A DNA stretch of 64,000 bases from Octopus sinensis (GCF_006345805.1 NC_043008.1:69688001-69752000), one strand, 5' to 3'; counted from the first letter of the stretch, positions 40,635 to 54,739 are shown. The notes: generated by a model from the sequence alone, not told the origin. Made by a program: numbers and translations.

Positions 40635-41091
40635 TGCTTTTGTCACCATATTTCTGTTGAAATAAACTGATTTTGTTACAATTACTTTGAAACATAATGA
40701 AGAATTTAAGAAAATAATTTGGTCATCATTATTGACCAAGATGTTTGGAACATAGATTAACATGCAGTTCTGTTGGAAGGTTTCAATTTAAATCACTTTA
40801 AAAGAGAGAGTTTGTATCATAGAACCAGGGAAGTTTCAGACAGGTTATAAAATGGTTGGAATCCTTTGTTACTATATTTCAGATGCAATACATTGCTTTT
40901 GTTTCAATTAATTCTGAAAATAATGAAGAATTTGGTAAAATAACCTTGTCATTTGTTATTATTAATTTTGTGTTTAGAAAATAAATTAACATGGAATTTT
41001 GATGGAAAGATTTAATTTAGATTACTTTGAGATGGTAATTTATATCATTATGGAACCAGAGGCAGTCTCAAATGGATTGATATCAGAAGGG
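40635..41091. mobile_element. Two tandem copies of a second piggyBac-like MITE (~225 bp each)
   Basis: 40635-40855 and 40860-41091 are colinear; the second ends AAGGG|TTAA; older copy at ~39250-39400. Confidence 0.65.
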
Positions 41092-41295
41092 TTAATACTC
41101 ATGTGGTTAGTATAGCAATATGTGTTGATGCTTAAAATCAGAGAGATTTCAACAGAAGTTAAATTTTCACACCCAGAATATGACAATTGGCAAACAAACA
41201 TGAAATAGTAGTTTTGCTGCATACATAAAGTTGTCCTTCCCCTTTAGCCAACGGGGTAAGGAGAGAAGAAGTGGCCCTTTAGCAGTATAACACTA

Positions 41296-41327
<32 letters not shown>

Positions 41328-42424
41328 GTACAGAGAGAGAAAGAGAGATAGAAAGATGCACTTGATACAATGTACAAAAGATGCATGTGAAATACAGGAA
41401 AGAAATCAATATGAGTTCATATTTGTGTGTGCATGTGTGTGTGTGTATGTGTGTGTGTGTGAGAGAGAGAGTGGGGGAGAGGCAAATATAATGTTATATG
41501 AAATACAACAGCGATGTTTCTGTGAAGGAGAGAATGAAACCACAAAGAATTCATCTCTCTTCAGAATGGCAAAGACACTTATTTAATTTTACAGAATATT
41601 TAATGGCAGACAGTGGCAAGGGAGGAGGGGCTGTTTGTCTTTCAGCCTGAATTTGTTTACTGGAGGTGATGTATGGAGAGGAGAAAGAGAAGGCAGTTTA
41701 GTGTTACTCATTTCTATGTGCGAACAAGTGTGTATGTGTAGTGCAATATGTTGTCTGGGGGGAGTTTACAATTTTACAATGGTTAATTAGTGTGCATGTG
41801 TGTATGTGTGTCATAGCATATGTGATAGTCATGTAGTATGGGTGTGGGCGTGCAGGATGTGTGTGTGTATGAGCAGGGGTGGGTGAAACCTGTTACTGCA
41901 TGTGTATAATATTTGTATTCACGAGATGTAGTATTTGTGTGCATCTGTATGCAGCATGAAATGTGTATTATGGTAACATGAGTGTGCATGAGTTTGTCAG
42001 GTGGTGTTGGTGGAGTTGGTGAATGTTGTAGTGTGTGTGTGCGTGTGAGAAGAGCAGTGTGTGTGTTTTGGTGCAACATGTGAGTGTGTGGGGTGCAATG
42101 CAGTGTATGGAGAAATATCCATGTCTGTGGTGCAGTGCGTGTGTTTTTAGCATTCATGTATGTGTAGTGTGTAAGATAAATGATGAATGTTTGTGATTAA
42201 AGAGGGTAATTAAATAAAGGCACAAAAAGATAGGCAAAAGGACTAAAAAAAGGGTGATGAGAACTGATATATATATATATGTGAGTGTGGGTATATATAT
42301 ATATATATGCGTGCATTGTATATCTATCTATTTATCTATCTAGCTAGTTAGCTATCTACTTATCTATCTATTTATCTTTCTCTCTATATATATATGTATT
42401 AAATATATATATATATATATACCC

Positions 42425-43045
42425 ACTCAAACACGGCATGTTAACTGTTGTCTAAATTACGCAAAAATGAAAATAACACCGACATCACATTTTAACATAT
42501 ATATTTACCAAAATTACATGAAAATATCTTGAAATACTGATGAGTAAAATTATTCAATAACATCACCATTGTCTCCAACCATGGCCTCCAGACAACTTCA
42601 GAATCTCCTACAACTTTTCTGGATGGTTTTCTTGCTTAAGTTGGTGAATACTGCCATGATCTTTGCCTCCAGTTCCTTTGTGGTGTTACAAGGAGTTTTG
42701 TTGGTCTCTTGCTCAGCTGTGCCTCACACATAATAATCAAGGGGGTTGCAGTCTGAGGAGTAGGTGGTCAGATGTTAGGGGTGAAGTGGTTACAAAAATT
42801 GTCTGACAGCCACAACTGAGTTCTTCTGCTTGTGTGGCATAGTGCAGAGTCCTGTTGCCAGACATTGGTTCTTCCAGCAGCCACCATTTTGACCCAGGGC
42901 AGTACTACCTCCTCCAGGGACTTGATGTAAGCCGCCATGTTGAGTGTGAGGCCCTGTGGGAAGATGAATGAAGGCATAAAGTCGCCATCACTAGTGATCA
43001 CTCCAAACACCATGATGTTAACTGGATGTTTGGCCATGAACACGA
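42425..43045 (-). mobile_element. maT (DD37D) transposon 3' half, defective
   Basis: VMVFG-like NIMVFGVITSDG, WQQDSALCH, PP.SSDCNPLDY with 37 residues between the last two Asp; internal stop and frameshift. Confidence 0.85.
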
Positions 43046-43049
43046 TTCC

Positions 43050-43315
43050 ATGCTAAGTGAAATTGTAGTCGTGGCCTAGTATTGGTGATATGTGAATGGC
43101 ACCTGAGCCATGTAAAAAGCATCCATGCCAGTGACATGTAAAAGGCATCTGGTACACTCTGTGAAGTTGTTGGCATTAAAAAGGTCATCCAACCATAGGA
43201 ACTGAACCGAAACAGATTTGAGCCTGGTGCAACTTCTCCAGCTTACCAACTCCAGTCAAACTGTCTGGCCCTTGTTGGCATGGAATAAAAGAGGATAATG
43301 ATGATGAATATTTAA
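43050..43315 (+). mobile_element. RTE-LINE 3' UTR / RTE-tailed SINE fragment (family F)
   Basis: GCCATGTAAAAAGCA subrepeats and GCATGGAA..(GAT)n end shared with 46880-47150. Confidence 0.65.
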
Positions 43316-43628
43316 TGCAGGCATGTCATTGATTCTGGTCATGCATTGAAGCAGTCATTGAAACTGAAGGTAAATTCATAAAATATTAGAAGAAATCTTA
43401 TTGTCAATGAGTACACAATTTTTTATTAAAATACATTGCGTTTTTACTAGATATGAGTTGCTTTATTAAATTACCAAATACGTCCTCAAATACTTCATGC
43501 ACTGTTGTGTCTTTAATAATATATGCATACACATATACATACACCATATTTGCTCCTGTATAATGTTACAAATTTAATAGAATATGGCAGGGTCAAAAGT
43601 GGGGAAGGGGTAACATTTTACTGGAGTG
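43315..43628 (+). mobile_element. Tc1/mariner-superfamily 3' end
   Basis: SCIEAVIETEGKFIKY* transposase C-terminus; ends TTTTACTGGAGTG|TA. Confidence 0.45.
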
Positions 43629-43782
43629 TAAAATATAGATGAAAAGATGAAATATATTACAGATATTTAGGTGCAAAAAGTGAGTGACAGTGGAAGTCCT
43701 ATTATATTTGAGATTGCTTTGTACTCAAGTAAACTGTGTCTATATATAATATATATATTGGTGGTGTGTGAGTGTGTATGTG

Positions 43783-43827
<45 letters not shown>

Positions 43828-43986
43828 TAATGTATACATATATATATATGTACAATATATATATATTTATATATATGTATTCATATATATTTATATATAT
43901 GTATATATTATATATATGTGTATATATATATATATATATTATTTATATATATATGTATTCATATATGTATGTATGTATGTATATTA

Positions 43987-44049
<63 letters not shown>

Positions 44050-44744
44050 CTATATATATATATATAGTACGTTTAAATATTTGTTGAACAAAGCATGTAT
44101 ATATATATATATATATACTGACATGCATATGTGTCTGAATACACATGCACACATGTATACATAAATACATATGTATAAATGTATGTTAGTGAGTTCGCTC
44201 AGTTTGATCTTCCTTTGTTTTTGTTATATATGATTGTTTTTGTTGTTATATTTCTTCAATCGTTTCTTTTATATTTCGTTTGTAACAATAAAGTTTATTT
44301 GTCCGTCTAAGTTCCTAGATCTTCTTTTGCTTTCATTGTCTTCATGAAATGGATATTAGCAAAAGAACCTTTAGATTCTGTTCCATAAAGGAAAACACTA
44401 CTGCAAAAGGAAATTAATGCAAATAAAAGAAATACTTGTTGGAAACAGACACATAAAGAATTTAGTAGACAAAAGTATACAACAGTACAGATGATACAAA
44501 TTAAATGCAATCGATACAATAGCAATTTCATCCGACAAAGAGAAATTGTGTTAACCAAATGCACCCTGACTATAGAATAGTTGAACATGTTATATGGAAA
44601 AAGAAAAATTTGTCAAGTAGAACAAAGCATGTAGTCTCATACTTGAACATAAATTAGCATCAATAATAATATTTTAGGAAATTATTATCTGTAGAAGTCC
44701 CTGAAAAATCTTCAAATGTCTAAATATCACAACAGAAACTATTG

Positions 44745-44769
<25 letters not shown>

Positions 44770-44775
<6 letters not shown>

Positions 44776-44890
44776 TGATATAAATGGTAAGACAACAAAA
44801 GAATGAAAGAGATCTCGATATTATGTAAATAGAGGAATTTATCTGTAAAATTAATATGTGACAATTATTCGGTAGCCATGATAAAACAGC
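44770..44890. mobile_element. Diverged copy of the tail of the 2094-2294 element, anchored in (TA)n
   Basis: TTGATATAAATGGTAAGACAACAAAAG..TATTATGTAAATAGAGGAA..TCGGTAG..GATAAAAC. Confidence 0.75.
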
Positions 44891-45004
44891 GTATATAAAG
44901 ACAAAAACCTACGTACCTTGTATTAATTTTTTTCCTTAATTGGTTTTACATGCTGGCCACACAATAAAATCTTTTATAGATTTTATCCTTATATTATATA
45001 AACA

Positions 45005-45114
45005 CTGCCAGATCAGACTGGAGCCTGGTGCAGCCTTCTGGCTTCCCAGATCCCCGGTCGAACCGTCCAACCCATGCTAGCATGGAGAACGGACGTTAAA
45101 CGATGATGATGATG

Positions 45115-45115
<1 letters not shown>
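45005..45115 (+). mobile_element. Family F 3' stub
   Basis: CCGTCCAACCCATGCTAGCATGGAGAACGGACGTTAAAC(GAT)n; other stubs at 50588-50622(-) and 55612-55730. Confidence 0.8.
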
Positions 45116-45145
<30 letters not shown>

Positions 45146-45452
45146 TAACTTCTGCCTCCTTCCAAAGTCTAGTTATTTACACTGCAGCTATTAAATACTT
45201 CCCACAATTGGAATTTTAAGCTAAAATGGATTTCTGACCTGTTGGACATCCTGAAGCATACCAAACACCATGCAACTAATACAATGTGCACTTCGGATCA
45301 ACCTCTAGATGTTAATACTCATGAGAGTTAAATTCTGTGTAAGCATAACCTGAAAATTTCATTGGATGTACTTCAGTACCCAGTATATTTATTCAACTAA
45401 AGATGGTGCCTATCATTTAAATACTTGATTCTCTCTTGAATCTTTATATTGA

Positions 45453-45486
<34 letters not shown>

Positions 45487-45505
45487 GATATATATTATAT
45501 ATATA

Positions 45506-45540
<35 letters not shown>

Positions 45541-46569
45541 CTATATATATATAATTATATATATATTTTTAATCTATCATGTACAATTGTCCTATAAATC
45601 CATCTCTAATCGGAGTTATGTTTGCGAATTGAATAACCAGGTCTTTTGTTTCTTCACAGTAAATATTAATATCTTTTGTCTCAAGTTACTCTTGAGCACT
45701 TCTACGTCCAAACCTCTACATTGTGAGAGAATTTCTAATCAATCTTCTTTCTCAAAACAATTATATATATATAATTCTATGCATGCATATATGTATGTAT
45801 CTACCTCTCTATTTACATACATAAATATACATATCCTCTCTGTCTCGTTTAAATTTTAGTATATTTATTGCTGAAAGAATACAATATAAATATACACATC
45901 AACATATATATGCATACATACATATGTGTGTGTGTGTCTGTGTGTCATACACACACACACACACATATACAAATATATACTGTCAGAAAAAGAGATTCCA
46001 ATAGGTAGAGAAAACATTAGGAGAAAGAGAAAGACAGAAATAGTGAGGGAATGAGTGTATATCAGAAGCACAGAGAGCAAAAATGGGGATGGGGAAGAGA
46101 AAGGGAGAGAGAGAGAGAGAGTAGAGTGGTGGGAGAGGTTAGTTAGTATTTGATGACAGAATTACAGACATGGAGACAGAGAGGTGGGGGGGGTGGGAGT
46201 AGCAGTTGAGGAGAGGATAGGGGTGGGAAATTACAAGATGGTAGTAAAGCAGGGAAGCAGAAAAATGAGGGTGCAACATTATATTTTGACTGGGAACTAG
46301 AATTCTAATAGGGAGCTTAAGAAGAAAGTGAAAGAAGATGAGGATGAGCAGGAGGGGAAGAGAGAAAAACAGAGAGAGAGAGGAGGGGGGATTAAAGGAC
46401 TACTGACATTAAAGGGGTAGTTACCAAAACAGTCTGTATGTACAAACACACACACATATGGAGGCATGCACACAAGCACTAACAGACACATGTATACTCA
46501 CATACACATATTTGAACACACACGCACACACACACACACACACATATTTGCATGCATATGTGATTTGAG

Positions 46570-47150
46570 AGAAACTGGGTATGTGAGGCATCAGATGTAG
46601 TGTGTAAGAGAGAAAACTGCACTAGTATGGCCATGTGATGTGTATGAATGAAAGCATTTGCTTCAAGAGGTGGCAATCTCTAATTGTAGAGGGAACATGG
46701 GGAAGGAGTGGACCCAAGAAAATGCATGATGAAGTGGTAAGAAAGGATCATTGGACGTTGGGGCTCACAGAGGGGGTGACAGGGGACCGAGACTCCTGGC
46801 AGTTTGCTGTGCTTGAAAAGACGTATCAAGCTAAGTAAAAGCATGGTTGTCTTGCATACAGCCTTACTCCCTGCATTGCTCTCCAGGTGAGCATTCCTAT
46901 TCTTGTGGGCTCATGAGTGCTGGTGCCATGTAAAAAGCACCCGAAACTGTGCCATGTAAATGCACCTGTGCAGGTGCTGTGTAAAAGCACCCAGTACATT
47001 CTGTAAAGTGGTCGTCATTAGGAAGGGCATCCAGCTGTAGAAACCATGCCAAAGCAGGCATAGAACCTGGGCAGTCTTCAGCTCCTGTCAAGCTATCCGA
47101 CCCATGCCAGCATGGAGAACAGATATTAAATGAAAATGATGGTGATGAGA
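46570..47150 (+). pseudogene. 5'-truncated RTE-clade LINE: ORF C-terminus, 3' UTR and (GAT)n tail
   Basis: GIRCSV*ERKLH*YGHVM..VEGTWGRSGPKK..DRDSW..VLEKTYQAK*, followed by the family F sequence. Confidence 0.85.
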
Positions 47151-47490
47151 TATATATATGTGTATAGATAAAACTTACTTGGAAGTGGATGCGTGGCGTT
47201 CCATCATATAATAACAAAATAATAAATAAAACATATGTATATATACATACATATATGTACGTACCTACATCTATATGTATATATACATGCATATATGGGT
47301 ACAGGACACCAAAAAAACGTGGAACACAATGAGAAAGGAAAACATAAAAACAAAACCAAGGAAATGGACATTCTTTTTAAACAACGGAAAAACAGAGTAC
47401 AAGACATACAACACAATATACATATATATATATATATATATACACATACTTAGATATACTTATATATATACATATATATTGTGAGAAAGA

Positions 47491-47545
<55 letters not shown>

Positions 47546-47969
47546 GCAGGCATGATTTTGTGGATAGAATACTTCCCAGCTACATGGTTGTGGATTCAGT
47601 CCCACTGTGTGGCACATTGGGCAGGTGTCATCTACTATAGCCCCAAGTTTTGTGAGTGGATTTGGTCAGCAGAAACAGAAATAAGCCTGTCACTTACAGT
47701 TTCTATATGTGTATATGCATGTGTATGTGTGTCTTTGAGTTTGTGTTTGCTCTCACTATAACTTAACATCTGGTGTTTGTGTGTTTATTTCCCCATAACT
47801 TAGCACTTTAGCAAAAGGAACTGATAGATTAAGTACCAGGTTTTAAAAGACCAATCAATAAATAAAGGGCTGTGGTCAGTTCATTTGAGAAAAATTCTTC
47901 AAGATGATGCCCCAGAATGGGCTGCAGTCTAATGACAAAAACAAGCAAAACTCTCTCTCTCTCTCTCTA

Positions 47970-48660
47970 TCATCATCATCATCATCATCGTTTAACGTCG
48001 GTTCTCCATGCTAGCATGGGTTGGACGGTTCGACCAGGGATCTGGGAAGCCAGAAGGCTGCACCAGGCTCCAGTCTTATCTGGCAATGTTTCTACAGCTG
48101 GATGCCCTTCCTAACGTCAACCACTCCGTGAGTGTAGTGGGTGCATTTTACGTGCCACCTGCACAGGTGCCAGGCGAAGTTGGCAACGGCCACGGTTGGA
48201 TTGGTGTATTTTATGTGCCACCGGCACGGAAGCCAGTCGAGGCGGAGTTGGCATCGGCCACGAGTCAGATAGTGCTTTTTACGTACCACCAGACCAGGGA
48301 TCCTGGCTGGTTCAATTCGATTTCGATTTCGCTTGCCCCAACATGTCTTCGCAAGCAAAGGGGGTTGGCATGGGTGCCTGTCGTACGGTCGGATTGGTGT
48401 ATATTACGTGCCACCGGCACGGAAGCCAGTAGAGGCGGCGCTGGCATCGGCCACGAGTCGGATAGTGCTTTTTACGTACCACCAGACCAGGGATCCTGGC
48501 TGGTTCAATTCGATTTCGATTTCGCTTTCACTTGCCCCAACATGTCTTCGCAAGCAAAGGGGTTTGGCATGGGTGCCTGTCGTCAGATGAGGTTCTATAT
48601 CGACTTCGCTTGCCTCAACAGGTCTTTGTGTCCAAGGGAGGAAAGGCATTCCTGCCTGGT
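47970..48660 (-). mobile_element. Young RTE 3' UTR copy with an internal 193/199-bp tandem duplication
   Basis: Starts at EKTRQ-coding sequence and ends GACGTTAAAC(GAT)n; units 48192-48384 and 48385-48583. Confidence 0.85.
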
Positions 48661-48759
48661 CTTCTCATATATATATATATATACATATATAATATATATA
48701 TATATATATGTACATATAAGAGGGATGACCACTAGGTGGACAGCCCTCTTATATGTATG

Positions 48760-48830
<71 letters not shown>

Positions 48831-48840
48831 AATGTATAGT

Positions 48841-49075
48841 AGTGGAGGCATGTGGCTTAGTGGTTAGGGTGTCAGCACCATGATCGTAAGATTGTGGTTT
48901 CAATGCATGGACTAGGCGACGCGTTGTGTTCTTGAGAAAAACACTTCATTTCACGTTGCTCCAGTCCACGCAGCTGGAAAAAATGAGTAACGCTGTGATG
49001 GACTGGCGTCCCATCCAGCTGGGGAAACCAGGCCCAGGAACCTGGCTAGGTTTTAAAAGGGCACATTTATTTAAA
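48841..49075 (+). mobile_element. SINE family B
   Basis: TGGCTTAGTGGTTAGGG head; CACTTCATTTCACGTTGCTCCAGTCCAC middle. Confidence 0.8.
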
Positions 49076-49283
49076 AAAATCTTTTTTTATCATAAATGTA
49101 TAAAGTAAATACATATATGTGGATGTGTATGTATTATTGGGAATTCTGAACAGGAATTTGGACATTTTAGCAGAATGTCACTGTGGCTCATCAGTATAAA
49201 GGGAAAAAAAGGAAAGCTAACCCATTATCTTCTCATTTTGTTTCCTTGCTTACTTAAACCATTTTTTTACCATTTTCCTGCAG

Positions 49284-49335
49284 ACTTTAAGGCCCCACAG
49301 TGGAAACATTTGATTAAACAAACTCCTGACATCTG
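49284..49335 (+). CDS. Candidate 52-nt exon (FKAPQWKHLIKQTPDI)
   Basis: ~55-nt pyrimidine tract ending TTTTCCTGCAG|, donor TG|GTAACA, single open phase. Confidence 0.3.
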
Positions 49336-49649
49336 GTAACAGGCAGATTCACATTCATTGTATCACTACAGACCAAATTTATTTTTCCAAGGCATTGCAT
49401 GGTTTGTGTATGTGTGTGTGTGCGTGTATGGGAAAGTGGTGGTGGATAGGGGAGGACTGTCGTAGAAAAAGAAGGAAGAAGAAATGGTACATGAAGAAGT
49501 GATAAATTCTAAAGATAAAGTATGCTGGCTTTTATTTTCTTAATGATAAATCCAAAACTTAGTTTACATTTAAATACTGTCAGTAAATGATATTGGAATC
49601 AGTACTAAAGCATTATATAAGTTGAGTGCAAATATGTATCTGTGTGTGT

Positions 49650-49696
<47 letters not shown>

Positions 49697-49740
49697 TAGA
49701 ATTGTGTATATATATATACATACATATATATTAGAGTTAT

Positions 49741-50170
49741 GAGAGGTAATGGTGTCAAGAAGACCAAAAGGTGTCAGGTAATGCTGAGTAAGTGCTATGA
49801 ACAGACTATTGTTAAGCTCCAGGTTCAGTGATTATATGAATGAGGAGTCCAACATAGGTCATATATTAGCAATGAAATGATCAATTATAAATACCATTGG
49901 AACTCACACACAAGGTACAGGAAACTTATATGTATATCATTCTGCTTAAATAATGGAACTGCAGATACAATATCTTTACGTATCTCACGTCTGCTTTCTC
50001 TCCTCCACTTCACTCTGTATTTCATACCTTCTCTATAATAACTATTGCTTAACAATTTCCTTGCACCATCTCTGATGAAGGGATATATAAAATATTCTGG
50101 AAACAGCTGTAAGACCTTCTCTTTATAAATGTTCTGAAATCTTTCACAGCCTTGGATTTTTTTTATCTCA
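49741..50170 (+). mobile_element. Penelope-like short element (second copy of the 26843 family) with an HHR at 50069-50114
   Basis: UCU-CUGAUGA-AGGGAUAU..AUAUUCU-G-GAAAC-AGCU-GUA-AGA; canonical core; palindromic ACAGCUGU. Confidence 0.75.
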
Positions 50171-50197
50171 TTCTTTTAATTTTTTATACATATATGA

Positions 50198-50228
<31 letters not shown>

Positions 50229-50245
50229 TACATGCATATATTTAT

Positions 50246-50285
<40 letters not shown>

Positions 50286-50437
50286 AGGTTTGGAGATGAT
50301 GTACATGTATAAAACCATCCAAATCTCTGAGTACCTCATTTCCTCTAGTATATATATATTCAAAATGTGACCACATATGTACCGTTGGTGATTTTTTTTC
50401 CTCCGTCTTCCCTTCTCTGGATCTTTCCTTTTCCTAA

Positions 50438-50472
50438 GTTTCTGACGAAGAGCTCCACTCGAAACGTTAAAC
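50438..50472 (+). ncRNA. Minimal type-I hammerhead ribozyme motif (best conserved in the window)
   Basis: GUUU-CUGACGA-A-GAG(CUCCA)CUC-GAAAC-GUU-AAAC: canonical core, 4-bp stem I, 3-bp stem II, ACGU palindrome; host element ~50360-50575 lies between TA tracts; tail-only copy at 56977-57057. Confidence 0.75.
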
Positions 50473-51179
50473 CCTCCTTCTTCCTTTCCTTCCTGAGCAT
50501 CCAATAATACTATATTTGTTCCACATCCTCGTGTTGTTGTGTTTTCTCTTTGTTTTTCATGTTTGGATTAATTATATATATATATATCATCATTTAGCTC
50601 CGTTTTCCATGCTAGCATGGGTTATATATATATATTCTTAAATACATACACACACACGCACATGTGTACATGTGCATGTGAGTGTCCTCTGTTGATCTAT
50701 TTATAATTGATTAGTTTGCTTTCCTCTTGGTTCTCTTTTTCTCTCTATCTCTCTTTCTCTCTCTCCATCTCAATGTCTATTTCTCTGAGAATTTGACCAA
50801 ATTGCAGTTGTTGAGCTGTCTGATTTCTTCTTGTTGCTGTTGTAACAGGCTGAAGGTTCTTTTGGGTGGCTTCTTGGTCTTCTGCAGAATAGTCAGATGA
50901 TGGGGCTGCCATCTTGGGGATGATCCAAAGCACAGTGGATCACTGTTAATCAAGAACCTCCCTAGGAGACTGGCCCACCTAGGGTGGCCCTACCCAGAGC
51001 AAGACTCCGGATGTTAATGCCCTCTCAGATCTGTGGAACATGCAAGTCCTCTCACCACAACAAGGCCAGACCCAGGAGGGGGAAATTACAGCTTAGTATC
51101 TAAAATTTTAATATAAACTATATAGAAACCTCAGATGTTCTCAGCTTTAATGTAAGATTCTTAGCAATACCACATACAA

Positions 51180-51335
51180 TTTAGAACATTCCACAGCATT
51201 TTCCAAAGATTGGAATAGGTTTCTGTAGATAGTGTGAGTTTGAACAGTCTGGTGAGAACAGGAGCCACTTCAGGGCACAATGATTGAGCATAATAGAAAG
51301 GATATTGCTAAAGCCAATGGCCTTGTTGGTTTTAA
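51180..51335 (-). pseudogene. CR1/Jockey-group LINE reverse-transcriptase N-terminal fragment
   Basis: LKTNKAIG..SIMLNHCA / EVAPVLTRLFKLTLSTETYSNLWK matches 'KA.GPD.IP..VLK.CAPELAP.L..LF...L....P..WK'. Confidence 0.6.
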
Positions 51336-52205
51336 GTGCTTGTATGCATTTCTGCACATGATGTGCATATGTATGTATGTTTGAGTATGGTCAAATTTCA
51401 CAAGATAACAACAGAGACTTGATGTACATGAATGTCTGACCTACAAGAAATAGCAGACAAATCTCACCTATACTCTAATCTTTGTAAATGTGAAAGTTAC
51501 ATAAAAATAGCCTCATATTACCATGACAGGCTTAAGCTTAAACAAAGACATAAATTTCAGCATATTTTATTTAGACAATAGTAATTTATATCTAAGATGT
51601 ATTGGTTCTATTTTAGATTAAAACTGAAAGGTAAATTTCAATTTATATGTAAAATAGTGAAATCAAAGTCAAAAGATGCATTAAAATTTAACATATATTT
51701 TCAATATATTTTTTTACACTTCTCCAATCCTGATTTAATATTTTAAGTGAAAGGAAAACAGACAAGGTTCTAGTTTTGTTCTATCAATTTCAAATTTAAA
51801 ATCACATAAACTGAAAAAATAGGGAAAAAATAGTGGAAAAAATATAATTACAATACTTTTTTAAAGATCAACCTTTAAATTTAAAATGAAAAAATATGTA
51901 TATTCTGTTTAAAATATTAATAAAATCCAAAACTTGAATGAAAATTCTTTACATGAACCCAAAATTCTATATATTAAGAGCTACATTAAGTAGAATGGAA
52001 TTAAAAACAAAATTTAAAAAAAAAGTATCGCAAAGCTTTTGAGTTCCTGCTGTATCAGGTTTGATCTTGAAGAGAAGTGTTTTGGTTTCATAGTTACAGT
52101 AAAAGGACGCCAATATTTTCATAAATTATTGATCCAGATTATCATCTCACTGATAAAATACTACTATATTTTCAGCCATCCAACACCTCAGCCCTCGAGT
52201 GATTC

Positions 52206-52238
<33 letters not shown>

Positions 52239-52300
52239 ATATATATACATACATACATACATACATACACACACATACACACATATGTATATATAGATAT

Positions 52301-52490
52301 ATATGTAGATAAGTATATATATATTTACATTGATGTTCATGCATACATATGTTCATCTGTAAATGTATTATGCATGTATGTATGAATATATACATATATG
52401 TAGATAAGTATTATATATTTACATTGATGTTCATGCATACATATGTTCATCTGTAAATGTATATATGCATGTATGTATGAATATATACAT
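52301..52490. repeat. ~95-bp tandem duplication within TA-rich DNA
   Basis: GTAGATAAGTA..CATTGATGTTCATGCATACATATGTTCATCTGTAAATG occurs twice; a similar 2-3-unit duplication lies at ~28760-28960. Confidence 0.85.
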
Positions 52491-52495
52491 ATATG

Positions 52496-52550
<55 letters not shown>

Positions 52551-52599
52551 ATGTATGGATGGATATATATATATATATATGTATGTATGGATATATGTA

Positions 52600-52647
<48 letters not shown>

Positions 52648-53061
52648 TATGTGTGTACATGTGTGTGTGTGTGTGTATTTGAAAAGATGAACAGATTGAT
52701 TAACAAATGTAGATATTTTCAGTTTTAAAAATGGGACAAGGAGAACTCAGTAGATACATTAGAGTATATATAATCTGAAACTAGCTGAAACTTGTATTGG
52801 GGTAACTGAAGGATCTAGAGTTCAGTACCAAAGCCTAAAATACAAGGGCCTTGAGTGAGTTCTGTAGGAATATCGGCTGAGAAATTAAATCTTTATATGC
52901 ATGATTATTTATAAATATACATACACACATGTAGACATAGATTCAGACATGCTTGCATGCATTTAAACATAAACAATCATCATCATCATCATCATCATCA
53001 TTCCTTAATGTCTATTTTCCATTATGGCATATATGTGTGTTTATGTGTACATATGTATATG

Positions 53062-53093
<32 letters not shown>

Positions 53094-53848
53094 TGTATGT
53101 ATTTATCTATCTATCTATACACACAAAACACATATATATGTATATTTATTGGTGAAAATCATGTATTTTTCGCTGAGATATATATTTTTTAACTTTTTTT
53201 TCATTCCTTCCTATTTGAAATCAGTATCAGTGGAGATGGCAAGGGAGGCATGATATATGTGCATGTGGGGGTGGGAGTACAGTCAACCGTATGAGGATGG
53301 TGGGGGTGCATGCAGTGGCGGTGGTGGTGGTGGTGGTAGTGGTGCAAGGGAGGGTGAATCACATATCAAATAGCTTCTTCTGTAGAAATATCGAGATTCG
53401 TTAATATAACTGAATCATATTTATTTGAGAAATACGAATCCTCCTGTGACTTGCCCTCTCCCTAGCATCGCGCCATTCCATCCACGCACCACACCACGCA
53501 GCATCACTCTGCAACACTCCAAATACAAACAAACCACCTTTGTTGATATAGAAAAGAAAATAGCGATGTACAAGTGTGTGTGCGTGTGTGCAAGTATATA
53601 TACACATGCGTATGTGCACACATATATGCATGCATGTATGGGTGTATGTATTCTTTCATATACATAGCTGCTTTTCACTTTTTCTTTCTGATCAAAGATT
53701 GTTTGTACATACTTGCACACATACATGTGTGTATGCATGTATGTAGTATATATATATATATATATATATATATCTACATTTACATATACATATATGTAAA
53801 TATATGTGTAATTGCTACATATATATATAAATATATATCATCATCATG

Positions 53849-53879
<31 letters not shown>

Positions 53880-53886
53880 TGTGTAA

Positions 53887-53921
<35 letters not shown>

Positions 53922-54186
53922 TATGTAAATATATGCATATTTATTACATATATACATATACACATACACACATATATATACACAAATATATATGAACATA
54001 TTGTATATATATATATATATATATATATCATATATAAACACATTTATACATATATAATATACACATATATATATATAGCTATAGATATACATATACATGT
54101 ACATACATGCATACATATGTACATATATATATATATATAATATATGTACATATATATATATATATATTTGTGTATATATATATATA

Positions 54187-54228
<42 letters not shown>

Positions 54229-54739
54229 CATATAGATACACACACACATATATACATATATATATATACATACACACACGCACACGCATTTATACATACA
54301 CGCATATATATGTATATATGTGTATGTGTGTGTGTATAAATATATATCCATGTATACATATACACAGACACATATGTATATACATAAATATATATATGTG
54401 TGTATATATACATATATATATATATAAACACACATATGTATTTAAATATATATTTACATACAAACACACATATATCTGTACACACACATACACATGTGTA
54501 GACGCGTACACATATGTATGTGAGTATCATTGTATTGCTGCCCCTTTAGGTGAAATATTTGTCTTTCATAGAATATGATAATGTCTTTCCTGAGAATAAA
54601 CAAAACAAAAGGAAAAAACTAAAAAGTAACACAAATAATCAAACAAAAAAATTATTGGTGGAATAAAAAAAAATCACTTAATAAAAAAACTACTAAAAAT
54701 ACTATCTAAAACTGATCAATGTTATTCTATGATTCCCCT

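Noticed and set aside
45239-45349. 111-nt minus-strand segment with good AG/GT sites
   Set aside because: Stops in all three phases.
47173-47232. Minus-strand GTAAGT donor after ATGATGGAACGC
   Set aside because: No acceptor or promoter evidence; lies in a TA-embedded repeat-like segment.
48192-48583. CRISPR array or prokaryotic features
   Set aside because: Eukaryotic context; the tandem units have no repeat-spacer organisation and there are no cas genes.
48008-48883. Longest ORF (291 aa)
   Set aside because: Antisense to an RTE 3' UTR with a tandem duplication, then (TA)n; no protein family signal.
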